64,000 bases of DNA from the NCBI RefSeq assembly GCF_030013595.1, contig NZ_CP122768.1. One strand, 5' to 3'. Of this stretch, positions 13,510 through 23,530 are shown in pieces. The notes under the pieces are model-generated. The model did no database searches and was not told where the DNA came from. It was given only the letters and a program-made list of their open reading frames with translations. The stretch is from Escherichia coli. Lineage in GTDB: Bacteria; Pseudomonadota; Gammaproteobacteria; Enterobacterales; Enterobacteriaceae. Made by a program: the position numbers and the translations under genes. Each line of letters begins with the position of its first letter. Position 1 is the stretch's first letter.

Positions 13510-14646
13510 TTATTTCAGTTTGGTCTGGAAAAATTGTTCGAACTTCGCGAAAGGTATTTTTCCGGCCACGTTATCGTACAGGTCCACGTGATTTGCCCCT
13601 GGTACCACCACCAACTCTTTGTCGTTACTGCCAACCGCCTTGTAAGCATCTTCAGCAAAATAACGTGAATGCGCTTTCTCACCGGTCACAATCAGCGTCG
13701 GAATGGTGATTTCACTGGCGTAGCTCAACAGCGGCATATTCATAAATGACAGCGGCATCGTTGCCGTCCACGCCCCGGTAGAGTTAACGGAACGTTCGTG
13801 GAAGCCGCGCGGCATGCGATAGTAGTCAAAGAACTCTTTCAGTACCGGATGAGGATTTGCCGGCAGCGTTTCTGGCAGAATGCGCTCGCCCGCACTGACC
13901 TTGCCGTTGCTGTCGACATTAATATCATGACCACCGTGAGCGAACGTTCCGCTCTTCGCATCCTTCCAGCGCTGTTCATTCAGATATTGCAGAACAGCAC
14001 GACGGTCGGCGGTAGAATAACGGTCTTTGCCATCCCCCACACCATGACCCATCGCCCGGCTCATGTCATACATCACGCTGGTAGCTACCGCTTTAACGCG
14101 GGTATCCATCGCTACGTCGTTCAGCGCCATGCCGCCCCAGCCACAAATACCGAGCAGCCCGATACGGTTGCGATCTACCTCTTTTTGCAGCCCTAAGAAA
14201 TCCACCGCCGCGCTGAAATCTTCAGTGTTGATATCCGGTGAGGCGACGTTTCGCGGATAGCCGCCGCTTTCCCCGGTGTAAGAAGGATCGAACGCCAAGG
14301 TAACAAACCCTCGTTCCGCCAGCGTCTGCGCATACAGGCCGCTGGATTGCTCTTTCACCGCGCCAAATGGCCCACTGACCGCAATCGCCGCCAGCTTGCG
14401 ATCGCCACGGTCTTTAGGCAGGTAAAGATCGCCCACTAAGGTGATGCCATATCGGTTCGGGAACGAGACTTTACGGTGATCGACTTTCTGGCTCTCGGCG
14501 AACGTTTTATCCCATTTATCTGTCATGGACACAGGGGCATTAGGATTGGTTGAATCAGCATAACTCATTGTCGTGACTCCACTTAATGATGCGAAAAGCA
14601 GCATGGTCGGCATCGCGGTTTTTAGCGTGCGGGTGAAGGCTTTCAT
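13510..14646 (-). CDS. Secreted alpha/beta hydrolase (dienelactone hydrolase / S15 peptidase-like)
   Basis: About 378 aa with N-terminal signal peptide, GICGWGG nucleophile-elbow-like motif; start codon uncertain (ORF track starts at 14667). Confidence 0.7.
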   Translation of the reverse strand: MKAFTRTLKTAMPTMLLFASLSGVTTMSYADSTNPNAPVSMTDKWDKTFAESQKVDHRKVSFPNRYGITLVGDLYLPKDRGDRKLAAIAVSGPFGAVKEQSSGLYAQTLAERGFVTLAFDPSYTGESGGYPRNVASPDINTEDFSAAVDFLGLQKEVDRNRIGLLGICGWGGMALNDVAMDTRVKAVATSVMYDMSRAMGHGVGDGKDRYSTADRRAVLQYLNEQRWKDAKSGTFAHGGHDINVDSNGKVSAGERILPETLPANPHPVLKEFFDYYRMPRGFHERSVNSTGAWTATMPLSFMNMPLLSYASEITIPTLIVTGEKAHSRYFAEDAYKAVGSNDKELVVVPGANHVDLYDNVAGKIPFAKFEQFFQTKLK

Positions 14647-14832
14647 AAAAATCCCCATAAAAAACAACAGAGAGATACAGGTTTCCGACGGACAACGCTG
14701 CGGTGCTTTGCTTTGATGGGGTCATTATAGTGAGCAGAATTAGTGCTGATTAGGGGGCGATTAATGCTAAGATTAATACCATATTGTTATAAATTAATGT
14801 GGAGATTGCCGGCATGAAGGGGGGATGTTTCA

Positions 14833-15717
14833 ATGGCGAAAAGGGAGAACTACAACGAGCTGTACCTGTTTATGCAGGTGGTGCGAGAAGGCAGCTTTAC
14901 CGCAGCGGCTCAGCGGCTGGGTCTTGCTCAGTCAGGAGTCAGCCGTTCTGTTCGCGAGCTTGAAGAAAGGCTGGGCGTCCAGCTGCTAGTGCGCACCACG
15001 CGTAAACTGTCGCTGACACAAGCAGGCGAGCAGCTCTACCAGAAGACGGCATCTGGATTTGAAATGTTAGATCTTGGGCTTGCCACGCTGGCGCACTATC
15101 GAGAGACGCCCTCCGGCACGGTGCGTATCAATGCCAGCCAGCACGCGATTGATAAATGCCTGCTGCCAAAGCTGGCGGTATTTAAACAGAGATATCCTGA
15201 TATCCGGCTTGAACTGATAAATGAGAGCCGGTTCGTCGATATCATCGAGGAAAGATTCGATGCAGGTGTCCGCCTGGGGCCTGAAGTCGGCCAGGGTATG
15301 GTCGCGGTACGCATCACGCCCGATATGGAGATGGCAATTGTGGGGACTCCGGAACATTTTCGTCGCTATGGTTTTCCGCAAACCCCGGCGGATTTAAAGG
15401 CGCATCCCTGTATCGCCTATCAGTTTGCCGACGGCAGCGTATACCAGTGGGAACTCAATCAGGATGATAAAAAAATCACTCATCGCCCTGAAGGGCAATG
15501 GGCCCTATCCGACAGCTATATGGAAGCAGAAGCCGCCCGGCTGGGCCTCGGATTGGCCTATGTTCCTGTTGAACTGGTCGCGGATGATTTAGAACACGGT
15601 AAGCTTATCAGGGTGTTGCAGCGTTACAGCCTGCGAATGGAGGGATTGTTTCTCTATTACCCTCATCGCAACGTCTCCCCCGCCCTGCGGATGGTCATTG
15701 ATACATTGAAAATCTGA
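14833..15717 (+). CDS. LysR-family transcriptional regulator
   Basis: 294 aa; N-terminal HTH (FTAAAQRLGLAQSGVSRSVRELEERLGVQLL) and LysR substrate-binding region. Confidence 0.85.
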   Translation: MAKRENYNELYLFMQVVREGSFTAAAQRLGLAQSGVSRSVRELEERLGVQLLVRTTRKLSLTQAGEQLYQKTASGFEMLDLGLATLAHYRETPSGTVRINASQHAIDKCLLPKLAVFKQRYPDIRLELINESRFVDIIEERFDAGVRLGPEVGQGMVAVRITPDMEMAIVGTPEHFRRYGFPQTPADLKAHPCIAYQFADGSVYQWELNQDDKKITHRPEGQWALSDSYMEAEAARLGLGLAYVPVELVADDLEHGKLIRVLQRYSLRMEGLFLYYPHRNVSPALRMVIDTLKI

Positions 15718-16301
15718 ACGTTAACAACGACCGACTCTTCACTGTGCAAAATTGTGTCAGGTAGTCCCTCTGCGTTCAATTCCAGGGTCTGTACAGTCTG
15801 CTTTGAGCGAGAAAGAGGGGACTATCCAGCAATGGAGATCACCCAAAAGAAAAAACCACCTGGCTCCCTCGACAACCTTCATCCAGGCATTTAGCCTCAA
15901 TCAACATTTTTATATCTGTCAGGTTACTTCATGATGAAAACTGATCATTATCGTTGTTTTTGTTGCAATAGTAGAATACGCGTATTTATTCCTCCATCTC
16001 TATTAATAACGGCAATAAACTGTTCACTTCACTGATATTTAAAATATGTATCCTTTTCAAGCTGTTCAGCGGCGTAAGAAAAAGTATTAATTATGAATTC
16101 GATGATTTAACCATATCTGTCTGATTGGTAATCATCCGTGATTAATGCTGGTCTATTGATTACGCCAGCATTAACCGCTTAGGGATGTATTCTTCCTGTT
16201 CATATAGCCCTCGAAAAAGAGAGAAAATAAAACTGTGTCCAATATTAATTTACCACTCCAGACCGAAGCATCGGTGGGATTAGCAGAATGATCTGCGTCT
16301 G

Positions 16302-16517
16302 ATGTTGAGGCTGGCTCTTGCCGGCGCAGGCATAACAATTGCCACTCAGGAAACTTTCAGGCCATATATTGAAAGCGGTAAGCTTGTATCGCTGCTTGAT
16401 GACTTTCTTCCACAATTTCCGGGCTTCTATCTGTATTTCCCACAGCGTCGCAATATTGCACCAAAGCTCCGCGCCCTGATTGACCACGTCAAGGAATGGC
16501 GGCAGCAATTGGCTTAA
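16302..16517 (+). pseudogene. C-terminal fragment of a second LysR-family regulator (possibly the yagP-type remnant)
   Basis: 71 aa ORF resembles only the C-terminal end of LysR proteins; its motif FYLYFPQRRNIAPKLRALIDHV parallels LFLYYPHRNVSPALRMVIDTL at the end of the intact LysR at 14833-15717; no N-terminal HTH; abuts the island repeat. Confidence 0.5.
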
Positions 16518-16634
16518 ATGTCTGCACCTGCACTGCCTGATGTCAGAACAGTATTTTGATGAATTGCCAGGGTTACAATGGCACAAATACGGCACAGGAG
16601 GAAAATGTGGTGTAATTGAATGTGAGGTAACTAC

Positions 16635-16690
16635 TTGATTTAAATGGTGCCGATAAGAGGAGTCGAACCTCCGACCTTCGCATTACGAAT
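16635..16690 (-). repeat. Island-junction direct repeat: partial copy of the tRNA-Thr 3' end (about 47 nt) plus 9 bp of flank, not a functional tRNA
   Basis: 56 bp match to 44976-45031 with 2 mismatches; sequence diverges from thrW beyond the anticodon region. Confidence 0.85.
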
Positions 16691-16855
16691 TAGCGAGACC
16701 AGTGATTCAAGATGTTCACATCCGTTTCAGCATACAATAAAAAATATATAAAAATCAACAAAATAGACATAAATGCAGTATCAAGATGTTTCGCCTTGTT
16801 TCTGATGATATCATGTTAAATGTGTACCCCACTGTGTACCCAAAAGGCTGAAGAT

Positions 16856-18175
16856 ATGACTTTTACTATTACACAAGACAGACAATTGGCTTCATTGACC
16901 GTTACTAAAGAAGAAAAAGAAATCTTATTTGCTGTAAAATCTAAAGCTGGGGGAGGACTCTTTATACGCGTTCGTTATGGTAGCGACAATAAAAGCTGGA
17001 TTTATCGTTATCGAATAGCTCAAAAGCCAGCTAAATTAACACTAGGTAGTTACCCTGCCATGGGATTAGCTCAAGCTCGTAAAGCTCATGCGGATGCAAT
17101 TGAATTAGTAAGAAAAGGTATAGATCCTCGTCATATTAGAAAAAATGAAAAACAAAAAAATGAACAAATGATTATTTACTCTGAATTATGGAAAGATTGG
17201 ATAGAATTCAGAAAGACAAGTAAACCAATTAGCACCAGACCCCTTGCAGATTATGAAGGGACTTATCACCGCCACCTTGAAAAAGCATTAGGAAACCTTC
17301 GCATTGACGAACTTACCAAAAGCGTTATTTTTGAACATCTCAGTAATGTAAGAAAAACCAGTTCTGAAGCAGTTCGTAAAGGATTAATTATTCTAAATAT
17401 GACTCTTGATCATGCCAACTTACAGGGTATGCTTGAGCATAACCCAGCACGACTGCTCAAACCAGCAATGTTTGGTGCATCGATGAATAAACCTCGCGAG
17501 CGATGGCTTCCTGAGAATGAACTCCGGATGCTATGGAAGGCTTTGGATGATGCTACTGTTGGAGGAGGCTCCATTGCATCTGGTGGCTATGGAATTTCCT
17601 CTAGTGTGGTATTATCTCATTCTGTCGCAAATGCACTCCGTTTGATTATTTTCACAGGAGTGCGCCGCTCTGAAGCGGCACAAATGCGCTGGGATCAAAT
17701 TAATGGAGAGCGTTGGACCATACCAGCCACTAAAAATGGGAAAAGCCATATTGTTACTTTACATCCGTATATGCTTTCTTTAATAAAAACACAACGTGAA
17801 TTCACTGAAGGTGCATATGTTTTTGGTTCTACTAGCAAACCTGGCTTTCCCATCACAAATGACGCTCTGACTCGCGCGTTAGAAAGGGTTCGCTCTAAGT
17901 ATCTAGCCGAACTTACTCCATTTTCTCCTCATGATCTGCGTAGAAGTGTTGCGACTGGATGCGCTGAATACCTTGATGCTCCAGAGCGCCTAATAGAGTT
18001 ACTGTTAAATCATGTACCCAAAGACCGTTTAATACGAACATATCAAGTCGGACAACAAGCTGAAAAATTAAAAAATTTATTTATAGAATGGGGGAATTTT
18101 ATTATGAATAACGTCATTACTGTGCAGCAGAATGCTCCGGATAATGTTATTCATATAAAATTTGGGAACAGATGA
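16856..18175 (+). CDS. P4-type tyrosine integrase
   Basis: N-terminal arm-binding pattern GGGLFIRVRYGSDNKSWIYRYR...KLTLGSYP...LAQARK; C-terminal catalytic region with R...H..RR and Y; start set at second Met with weak SD (ORF track starts at 16820). Confidence 0.85.
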   Translation: MTFTITQDRQLASLTVTKEEKEILFAVKSKAGGGLFIRVRYGSDNKSWIYRYRIAQKPAKLTLGSYPAMGLAQARKAHADAIELVRKGIDPRHIRKNEKQKNEQMIIYSELWKDWIEFRKTSKPISTRPLADYEGTYHRHLEKALGNLRIDELTKSVIFEHLSNVRKTSSEAVRKGLIILNMTLDHANLQGMLEHNPARLLKPAMFGASMNKPRERWLPENELRMLWKALDDATVGGGSIASGGYGISSSVVLSHSVANALRLIIFTGVRRSEAAQMRWDQINGERWTIPATKNGKSHIVTLHPYMLSLIKTQREFTEGAYVFGSTSKPGFPITNDALTRALERVRSKYLAELTPFSPHDLRRSVATGCAEYLDAPERLIELLLNHVPKDRLIRTYQVGQQAEKLKNLFIEWGNFIMNNVITVQQNAPDNVIHIKFGNR

Positions 18176-18267
18176 TAAAAATACATGCATGGTCTGAGAT
18201 ACCCTGTCTACTCGACCATGCAGTATGGTTCAACTAAATCAGTCACAACAAGAAATGATTAGTTTTA

Positions 18268-19116
18268 TTAGATATTGTATGGGATTATTTCTGGATAATA
18301 CTTCGCAATGATGTCATTTAGCCGATCAACCAGTTCTGGTTTTCTGAACGTGATATGCGCGGAGCCCTTCTTAAAGTATCTGATGCTGAACATCTCATCT
18401 TCATAGCAGGCTTTGCCCTGAACGGAGCGGATGTGATCATCCAGCCGAATAATGATATTTTCCCGGCTGTCGGGGATCGGTTTGCCGCTGAACAGGTGCA
18501 GCATTCTTTCCAGGTCGGCAAGTCGATCTGCCTGTTGCCCGGTGATAAGATGCAATCCCCACCGGTCCCACCTCACCAGATTGTTGACGATAATTTTACT
18601 GCCAAATTTACAGGGGCAATTGGTTTTGTAATCCCAGCTCAGTCCCCTGAAGACGTTGATGCCCCCACGCTCAAACACTTCATCCTTATTCTGGTGTAGT
18701 TGCTCAAACGTACTCAGTATATTCTCTTCACTGATTTCCGGAAAATTATCGTACTCCAGTGACCGGTACCATGTATCACGGGCCTGTGCATCCATTAAGG
18801 AAAGCATCCCTGAACGTTGCATCAGGTCACGCCAGATTTCACGGTCAAGGTTGCGGGTGATGGCTTTCATTGCCGTTTCAGGTTTCTCCATCAGCCAGCA
18901 ACCGCAGCGAAAATCCTGTTTCATGGCCCAGTCCGGAGCAGTTTTACCTCCAATACTTTCTGTCATTGCTGATATTTCAGCCAGTTGCCGGATAAGTGTG
19001 TCGATTTGCAGCAGTGTGCTCTTTCGTACAGCCAAAATGTGGCGGATACTGGTTGAGCAGATAACGTCCGTATGCCCGTTGACCACTTCCGGACGGGAGA
19101 TTGTGATGTCTGACAT
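18268..19116 (-). CDS. DUF4942-like protein of CP4-type islands
   Basis: 282 aa ORF downstream of the cbtA module, a position where DUF4942 genes occur in CP4-44/CP4-57-like elements; recalled family resemblance only. Confidence 0.55.
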   Translation of the reverse strand: MSDITISRPEVVNGHTDVICSTSIRHILAVRKSTLLQIDTLIRQLAEISAMTESIGGKTAPDWAMKQDFRCGCWLMEKPETAMKAITRNLDREIWRDLMQRSGMLSLMDAQARDTWYRSLEYDNFPEISEENILSTFEQLHQNKDEVFERGGINVFRGLSWDYKTNCPCKFGSKIIVNNLVRWDRWGLHLITGQQADRLADLERMLHLFSGKPIPDSRENIIIRLDDHIRSVQGKACYEDEMFSIRYFKKGSAHITFRKPELVDRLNDIIAKYYPEIIPYNI

Positions 19117-19200
19117 TATCGGTTTCCCTTTTGGTTTATAAACGAAAACGCCAGCCCTGTTCAGGCTGACGTCAGTGGAATGAAGTATGGTGAGTGATAT

Positions 19201-19623
19201 TTACCGCTTCTGGTGCAGAAGCTGCAGATGACGAAGAGTACGGACATCCTCCCGGGCCTGTTCGATACAGGGCAACAGTGCTACCGAATCCGTTTTATCC
19301 TCATCGTTGTCAAAGATAATTCCCGATTCGCAGTCGATATTGTCCTGCAGCCACGCAATGAGGATATCCAGCGCTGTTTCAGTGGTTAATGGCATCACGC
19401 TCTGTATCACTGTATTGTCTTCCGGCAACTGATGAGGGCTGGCAGAAGTCGCCGGTGTTTCGGTAGCGTCACGTTCATTCACCACGCGGAGTGAATAACC
19501 GTTTTCAGCGACTTTGTTAATCAGTTCAGCGAGCTCAATACCATCGACGTCAACGACAATGCGCCCCATGTTCAGCGCCTGCGCATTAATGCTGTCGGCT
19601 TCCAGCGTCAGGGCCAGTTTCAT
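19201..19623 (-). CDS. YeeW-like small protein downstream of cbtA
   Basis: 140 aa ORF overlapping the cbtA stop by 4 nt; context matches yeeW. Confidence 0.5.
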   Translation of the reverse strand: MKLALTLEADSINAQALNMGRIVVDVDGIELAELINKVAENGYSLRVVNERDATETPATSASPHQLPEDNTVIQSVMPLTTETALDILIAWLQDNIDCESGIIFDNDEDKTDSVALLPCIEQAREDVRTLRHLQLLHQKR

Positions 19624-19997
19624 TGTTTCGCCCCCGGATGTTTACCCAGGGTAATGTTATTTACCGTTCTGTAGTTGTCGCGTGTCATCAGGCCGGTTGC
19701 CCGGCGTGCCCGGAGGATATCAATACTGTTTATTAACTGAGAACGGGTACAGGCGCTGAATCCCGGCTGGTCGGTACGTACCAGTGCGTATTTTTCAACG
19801 AGAAAGTTCACCGCATCGCACAGTGAAATGCCTGCCTCAATATGCTGCTCAATCACACGTTCATCAGCGAACGGTGTGTCATTCAGCGTAAGGCCGTAGT
19901 GCTGATCCAGCAGTCGGGTGAGCAGTGTCTGCCAGATTTCAACCGGAGACGGGCGTGAACTGGCCGCCTGCCCGGGTAATACAGGTAATGTTTTCAT
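19620..19997 (-). CDS. cbtA: CbtA/YeeV/YkfI-family type IV toxin (cytoskeleton-binding)
   Basis: Recalled near-identity to YeeV (MKTLPVLPG...SPVEIWQ...LLDQHYGLTLNDTPFADERVIEQHIEAGISLCDAVNFLVEKYALVR); ORF track start 20138 is an upstream extension. Confidence 0.9.
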   Translation of the reverse strand: MKTLPVLPGQAASSRPSPVEIWQTLLTRLLDQHYGLTLNDTPFADERVIEQHIEAGISLCDAVNFLVEKYALVRTDQPGFSACTRSQLINSIDILRARRATGLMTRDNYRTVNNITLGKHPGAKQ

Positions 19998-20086
19998 ACT
20001 GAAGATTTTCCTGAAATGCAGAGATGAAAAATGGAAAAGTGGCGTGGTGAAAGCACCAGGCCGGAGCAGAAGGTTATTCTGGAGAG

Positions 20087-20455
20087 TTACTTTTTCGTTT
20101 CGGGCGTCGGATAAACAGCCATATAAACGTAGCCACAACTGCCGAGGGTGTCGGCTTCGCAGGTCAGCCCTTTTGCATACAGCGTGACGGTATGCTGATG
20201 GCGGGGATTCAGTTCACCGCTGGTGAGCATGAGCTCCAGTTGTTTCATCAGCAGCGGAAAGGCCTGGTCTAGGTGGTACGAATCCGCGTCGCTGAACCGC
20301 CCTCTGATACCGGCGCGGTCGGCAAGGTAATGCAACCGGTTGCCTTCCTGTACCAGACGGGCACCAAAACAGGGCGTCACGGTGCAGGGCAGTCCCCACC
20401 AGGTGCGGTCGTTATTGTCGTCGGGAAGCGTTGTCCCGGGGAGTGTGTCTGACAC
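20087..20455 (-). CDS. cbeA: CbeA/YeeU-family type IV antitoxin
   Basis: 122 aa; recalled match to YeeU (MSDTLPGTT...WWGLPCTVTPCFGARLVQEGNRLHYLADRAGIRG); directly upstream of cbtA. Confidence 0.9.
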   Translation of the reverse strand: MSDTLPGTTLPDDNNDRTWWGLPCTVTPCFGARLVQEGNRLHYLADRAGIRGRFSDADSYHLDQAFPLLMKQLELMLTSGELNPRHQHTVTLYAKGLTCEADTLGSCGYVYMAVYPTPETKK

Positions 20456-20534
20456 GATAAAATCCTCACAGAAAATTGGTTAAGAATGGTCCGGTGGTGG
20501 CGATAATTCTGCTCTTCTGAATGCCCTTCCAGAC

Positions 20535-20756
20535 TCAGTTCAGGGTGACGCTCATCAGCCGGACATACGGACCAAAACTGTCCTTCCGGCGTTCTGCAAA
20601 CACAGCCAGCACACCGGGAATATCCTGTACTTCACGGCCGGTATATGTATCCGTGCTACCGTGCCAGCGGTATTTACCGGTACAGAACGGAAAAAGACGG
20701 GATGCAGGATGCTGACGGTGAATACGCATGGCTTCACCACGGGTGATGATTTTCAT
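20535..20756 (-). CDS. YeeT-like DUF987 protein
   Basis: 73 aa; recalled match to YeeT (MKIITRGEAMRIH...FPFCTGKYRWHGS). Confidence 0.8.
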   Translation of the reverse strand: MKIITRGEAMRIHRQHPASRLFPFCTGKYRWHGSTDTYTGREVQDIPGVLAVFAERRKDSFGPYVRLMSVTLN

Positions 20757-20842
20757 GAGAATAGTCCTCCTGAATGTGAAAGTAAGAAACAGCTGAGAAA
20801 GAGAAACTGAAGTGATATGAAGGTGATTGTGACGGTGACGGG

Positions 20843-21319
20843 TTAAAGCAGACCGTGTTCCGCAAAGGAGAAAACCTGGCTGCCACCGATTATCAGATGG
20901 TCCGGTACCCGGATATCCACCAGGGCCAGTGCCTGTACCAGACGCTCAGTGATAAGGCGGTCTGCCTTGCTGGGGGTGACTTCACCGGACGGGTGATTGT
21001 GCGCCAGCACCACGGCAGCGGCATTGTGGTACAGGGCGCGTTTAATCACCTCCCGGGGATGGACTTCTGTGCGGTTGATGGTGCCAGTGAAGAGGGTTTC
21101 ACCGGCAATCAGCTGATTCTGGTTGTTCAGATACAGCACCCGGAACTCTTCCCGCTCCAGTCCCGCCATGTTCAGTATCAGCCATTCCCGTGCCGCATGC
21201 GTGGAGGTGAAGGCCACGCCGGGTTCATGAAGATGGCGGTCCAGGGTTTTCAGGGCCCGTTGAATGAGGCTGCGCTCGCCGGGCGTCATCTCTCCGGGCA
21301 GAAAGGAAAGCTGTTGCAT
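20843..21319 (-). CDS. RadC-like JAB-domain protein (YeeS/YkfG family)
   Basis: JAMM-like motif HNHPSG; start set at MQQLSFLPGEM; ORF track start 21334. Confidence 0.85.
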   Translation of the reverse strand: MQQLSFLPGEMTPGERSLIQRALKTLDRHLHEPGVAFTSTHAAREWLILNMAGLEREEFRVLYLNNQNQLIAGETLFTGTINRTEVHPREVIKRALYHNAAAVVLAHNHPSGEVTPSKADRLITERLVQALALVDIRVPDHLIIGGSQVFSFAEHGLL

Positions 21320-21334
21320 TGTGCTTCTCTCCAT

Positions 21335-21820
21335 TCAGTCGATGATGCGCATAATGGCGCTGCATTCCGGATGCTGCAGGGCGTAATCCCGCAGCCGGTA
21401 ATAATGGACCGTCATGGCATAACACTCCGTACGACAGGCATGATGACTGTACGTCATCAGACAGGCAGCAATGCCGGCGGCTTCCGGGCTCATTTCAGCG
21501 CGGTTGCCGTTCATGACATTGAACAGTACCCATATTTCGTCATCATCGTCATCCGGTTCGGGTGCCATAAATGCCCCGCCGTTGTTCAGAGTGTACAGAT
21601 TCCAGATACCACCGCAGTAGTCTTCGCTCAGACGGTCCATCCAGCCGAAAACACGGGGCTCCAGGGTCACCCACTGTGGAATGAGACCAAAGTGCTGCGG
21701 CCAGAAGCTGATGCGCTGTTCATCAGGGACTATGGTGGCAACCAGCTGAGGCTGGTCATTCCCTGATGCAGCGGTTACGGAAACAGAAGGAGTGGTGGAA
21801 TTATGCGAGACGGTTGTCAT
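21335..21820 (-). CDS. Antirestriction protein (YfjX/YafX/KlcA-ArdB-like)
   Basis: 161 aa with acidic stretch PEPDDDDDE; conserved position upstream of radC in CP4-like islands. Confidence 0.7.
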   Translation of the reverse strand: MTTVSHNSTTPSVSVTAASGNDQPQLVATIVPDEQRISFWPQHFGLIPQWVTLEPRVFGWMDRLSEDYCGGIWNLYTLNNGGAFMAPEPDDDDDEIWVLFNVMNGNRAEMSPEAAGIAACLMTYSHHACRTECYAMTVHYYRLRDYALQHPECSAIMRIID

Positions 21821-21911
21821 GAGATTATTCCTTATAAAAAGTAAATGAATGGAAGAAACCCCGGGGGAAGGGACAAACGTGAGTCAGAACTGCGCTTTCA
21901 GGGAAAAGGCA

Positions 21912-22730
21912 TCAGCACATGCTCTCCAGCAGCGTTTCAGCCATTACCCACAATGCGCGATTGAGCTTAATGTCGGTGTCGATGCTGTGAATGGCACGGG
22001 TATGGATACGTTTCCCTCTGGCACTGCGACCGGAAATTCCGCCTTTCAGCATATTCTCCTGAATGGTCTGATAAGCACTCCACAGGTCCTTACCGTAATC
22101 CTCCCGGCGTCGTGGTGTCAGAATGTCGGCGGTGGTGACGGGCTGATGTTCGTCACCATAACGGTAAGTCAGTGCCGCCTGTGCCAGCGCCTGGCGTGCC
22201 GGTGGCGGCAGAATCAGCGACTGCATGGCATCACGCTTTTCCTCAATCCGCTCAAACACGCCCACCACCTCGTAAGCCCCTTCAATAACTTTCTCCACCA
22301 CATTTCCCCGGTGTGGAACACGCAATTCTCCCAGAGACTGACCGCAGACCAGTCCATTGGTACAAATGGCACGAAAATATCCGGGTAACATCTGGTAGCT
22401 GGATGAACCGTCATGGGAGTTGAGCAGAATAATTTCAGGGACATGCTGACCGGTTATCTGCCCGGCCCGCCGCAGACGCAGCATGTGTTTTGTGTATTCC
22501 CGGCGGCTCTGGTCGCGCACGCGGGTCTGGCAGGCAAAGAACGGCTGAAAGCCTTCCTGCTGCAGATTTTCCAGGACGGTGATAGTGGGAATGTACGCAT
22601 AGTGTTCACTTCGGGAGGTATGTCGGTTTTCCCCAAAAATACTCGGTACATGGCGCATCAGTTCTTCGTGTGTCAGCGGACGGTCACGGCGTATCTGGTT
22701 TACATGACCAAAACGACTCGCTAATCGCAT
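21912..22730 (-). CDS. DUF932 protein (YafZ/YfjQ-like)
   Basis: 272 aa; conserved position between antirestriction gene and GTPase/Ag43 block. Confidence 0.7.
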   Translation of the reverse strand: MRLASRFGHVNQIRRDRPLTHEELMRHVPSIFGENRHTSRSEHYAYIPTITVLENLQQEGFQPFFACQTRVRDQSRREYTKHMLRLRRAGQITGQHVPEIILLNSHDGSSSYQMLPGYFRAICTNGLVCGQSLGELRVPHRGNVVEKVIEGAYEVVGVFERIEEKRDAMQSLILPPPARQALAQAALTYRYGDEHQPVTTADILTPRRREDYGKDLWSAYQTIQENMLKGGISGRSARGKRIHTRAIHSIDTDIKLNRALWVMAETLLESMC

Positions 22731-22799
22731 TATTTGCTCCTTATGAATGAGTTAGCGGTATAAATGAATAAATATCCTCCGGCATAGCCGGAGGTTTTT

Positions 22800-23520
22800 C
22801 AAATGCGCCTGTAAGGCTCTGTTACCAGCCGCGCCCTAACAGGCGCATACGATCTGACATTTGCATTCAACTTCGTTACTTACGGCCCGTAAACGGGCTG
22901 CCCGGATATGGAATCGATAACTGCTCCCCCATTTTATCCTCTTCAAGCTGGTGCTTTATGTAGTCCTGTATCTTCGCCGTGTTCTTACCCACCGTATCGA
23001 CATAGTACCCTCGGCACCAGAACTCCCTGTTTCTGTATTTGAATTTCAAATCCCCAAACTGCTCGTAAAGCATCAGACTGCTTTTCCCTTTCAGATATCC
23101 CATAAAGCCGGATACGCTCATTTTGGGTGGGATTTCCACAAGCATATGGATATGATCTGCGCAGCACTCTGCTTCCAGAATCCGTACGCTTTTCCACTCA
23201 CACAGCTTTCTCAAAATACTGCCTATCGCCCTACGCTTCTCTCCGTAAAACGCCAGTCTTCGGTATTTCGGCGCAAAAACTATGTGATATTTACAGTTCC
23301 AGCGGGTGTGCGCTAAGCTCTTTTCGTCCCCCATTGGGACCCCCTTTTGATTTCTTGTTTGACACTTGCAGTTGCCAGACCGCAAGGTGTTTTAACAAAT
23401 CAAAAGGGGTTTTAATAACTGGCTCAAAGCTGAAAGCTTTCCGGAACCCCCAGCCTAGCTGGGGGTTTTCTGTGCACAAAAAGCCGCGTCTCCCGGAGAA
23501 GACGCGGCCTGATGGGTGAA
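22800..23520 (-). mobile_element. IS200-like insertion sequence (boundaries approximate)
   Basis: Contains IS200/IS605 Y1 transposase gene; upstream on the minus strand a perfect hairpin gccgcgtcttctccgggagacgcggc followed by a T-run and a second hairpin cccccagctaggctggggg, the characteristic IS200 left-end structures. Confidence 0.75.
22876..23334 (-). CDS. tnpA: IS200/IS605-family Y1 (HUH) transposase TnpA
   Basis: 152 aa from MGDEKSLAHTRWNCKYHIVFAPKYRR with HUH motif ADHIHMLVEIP and catalytic Tyr region; ORF track start 23385 is an extension. Confidence 0.85.
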   Translation of the reverse strand: MGDEKSLAHTRWNCKYHIVFAPKYRRLAFYGEKRRAIGSILRKLCEWKSVRILEAECCADHIHMLVEIPPKMSVSGFMGYLKGKSSLMLYEQFGDLKFKYRNREFWCRGYYVDTVGKNTAKIQDYIKHQLEEDKMGEQLSIPYPGSPFTGRK

Positions 23521-23530
23521 ATGAAGACGT

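Noticed and set aside
16635-16690. Second tRNA-Thr gene
   Set aside because: Only the 3' part of the tRNA is present and the sequence diverges upstream of the anticodon region, so it is an att-site repeat
20855-21766. 303 aa plus-strand ORF
   Set aside because: Antisense to the RadC-like and antirestriction genes, both of which have recognisable motifs
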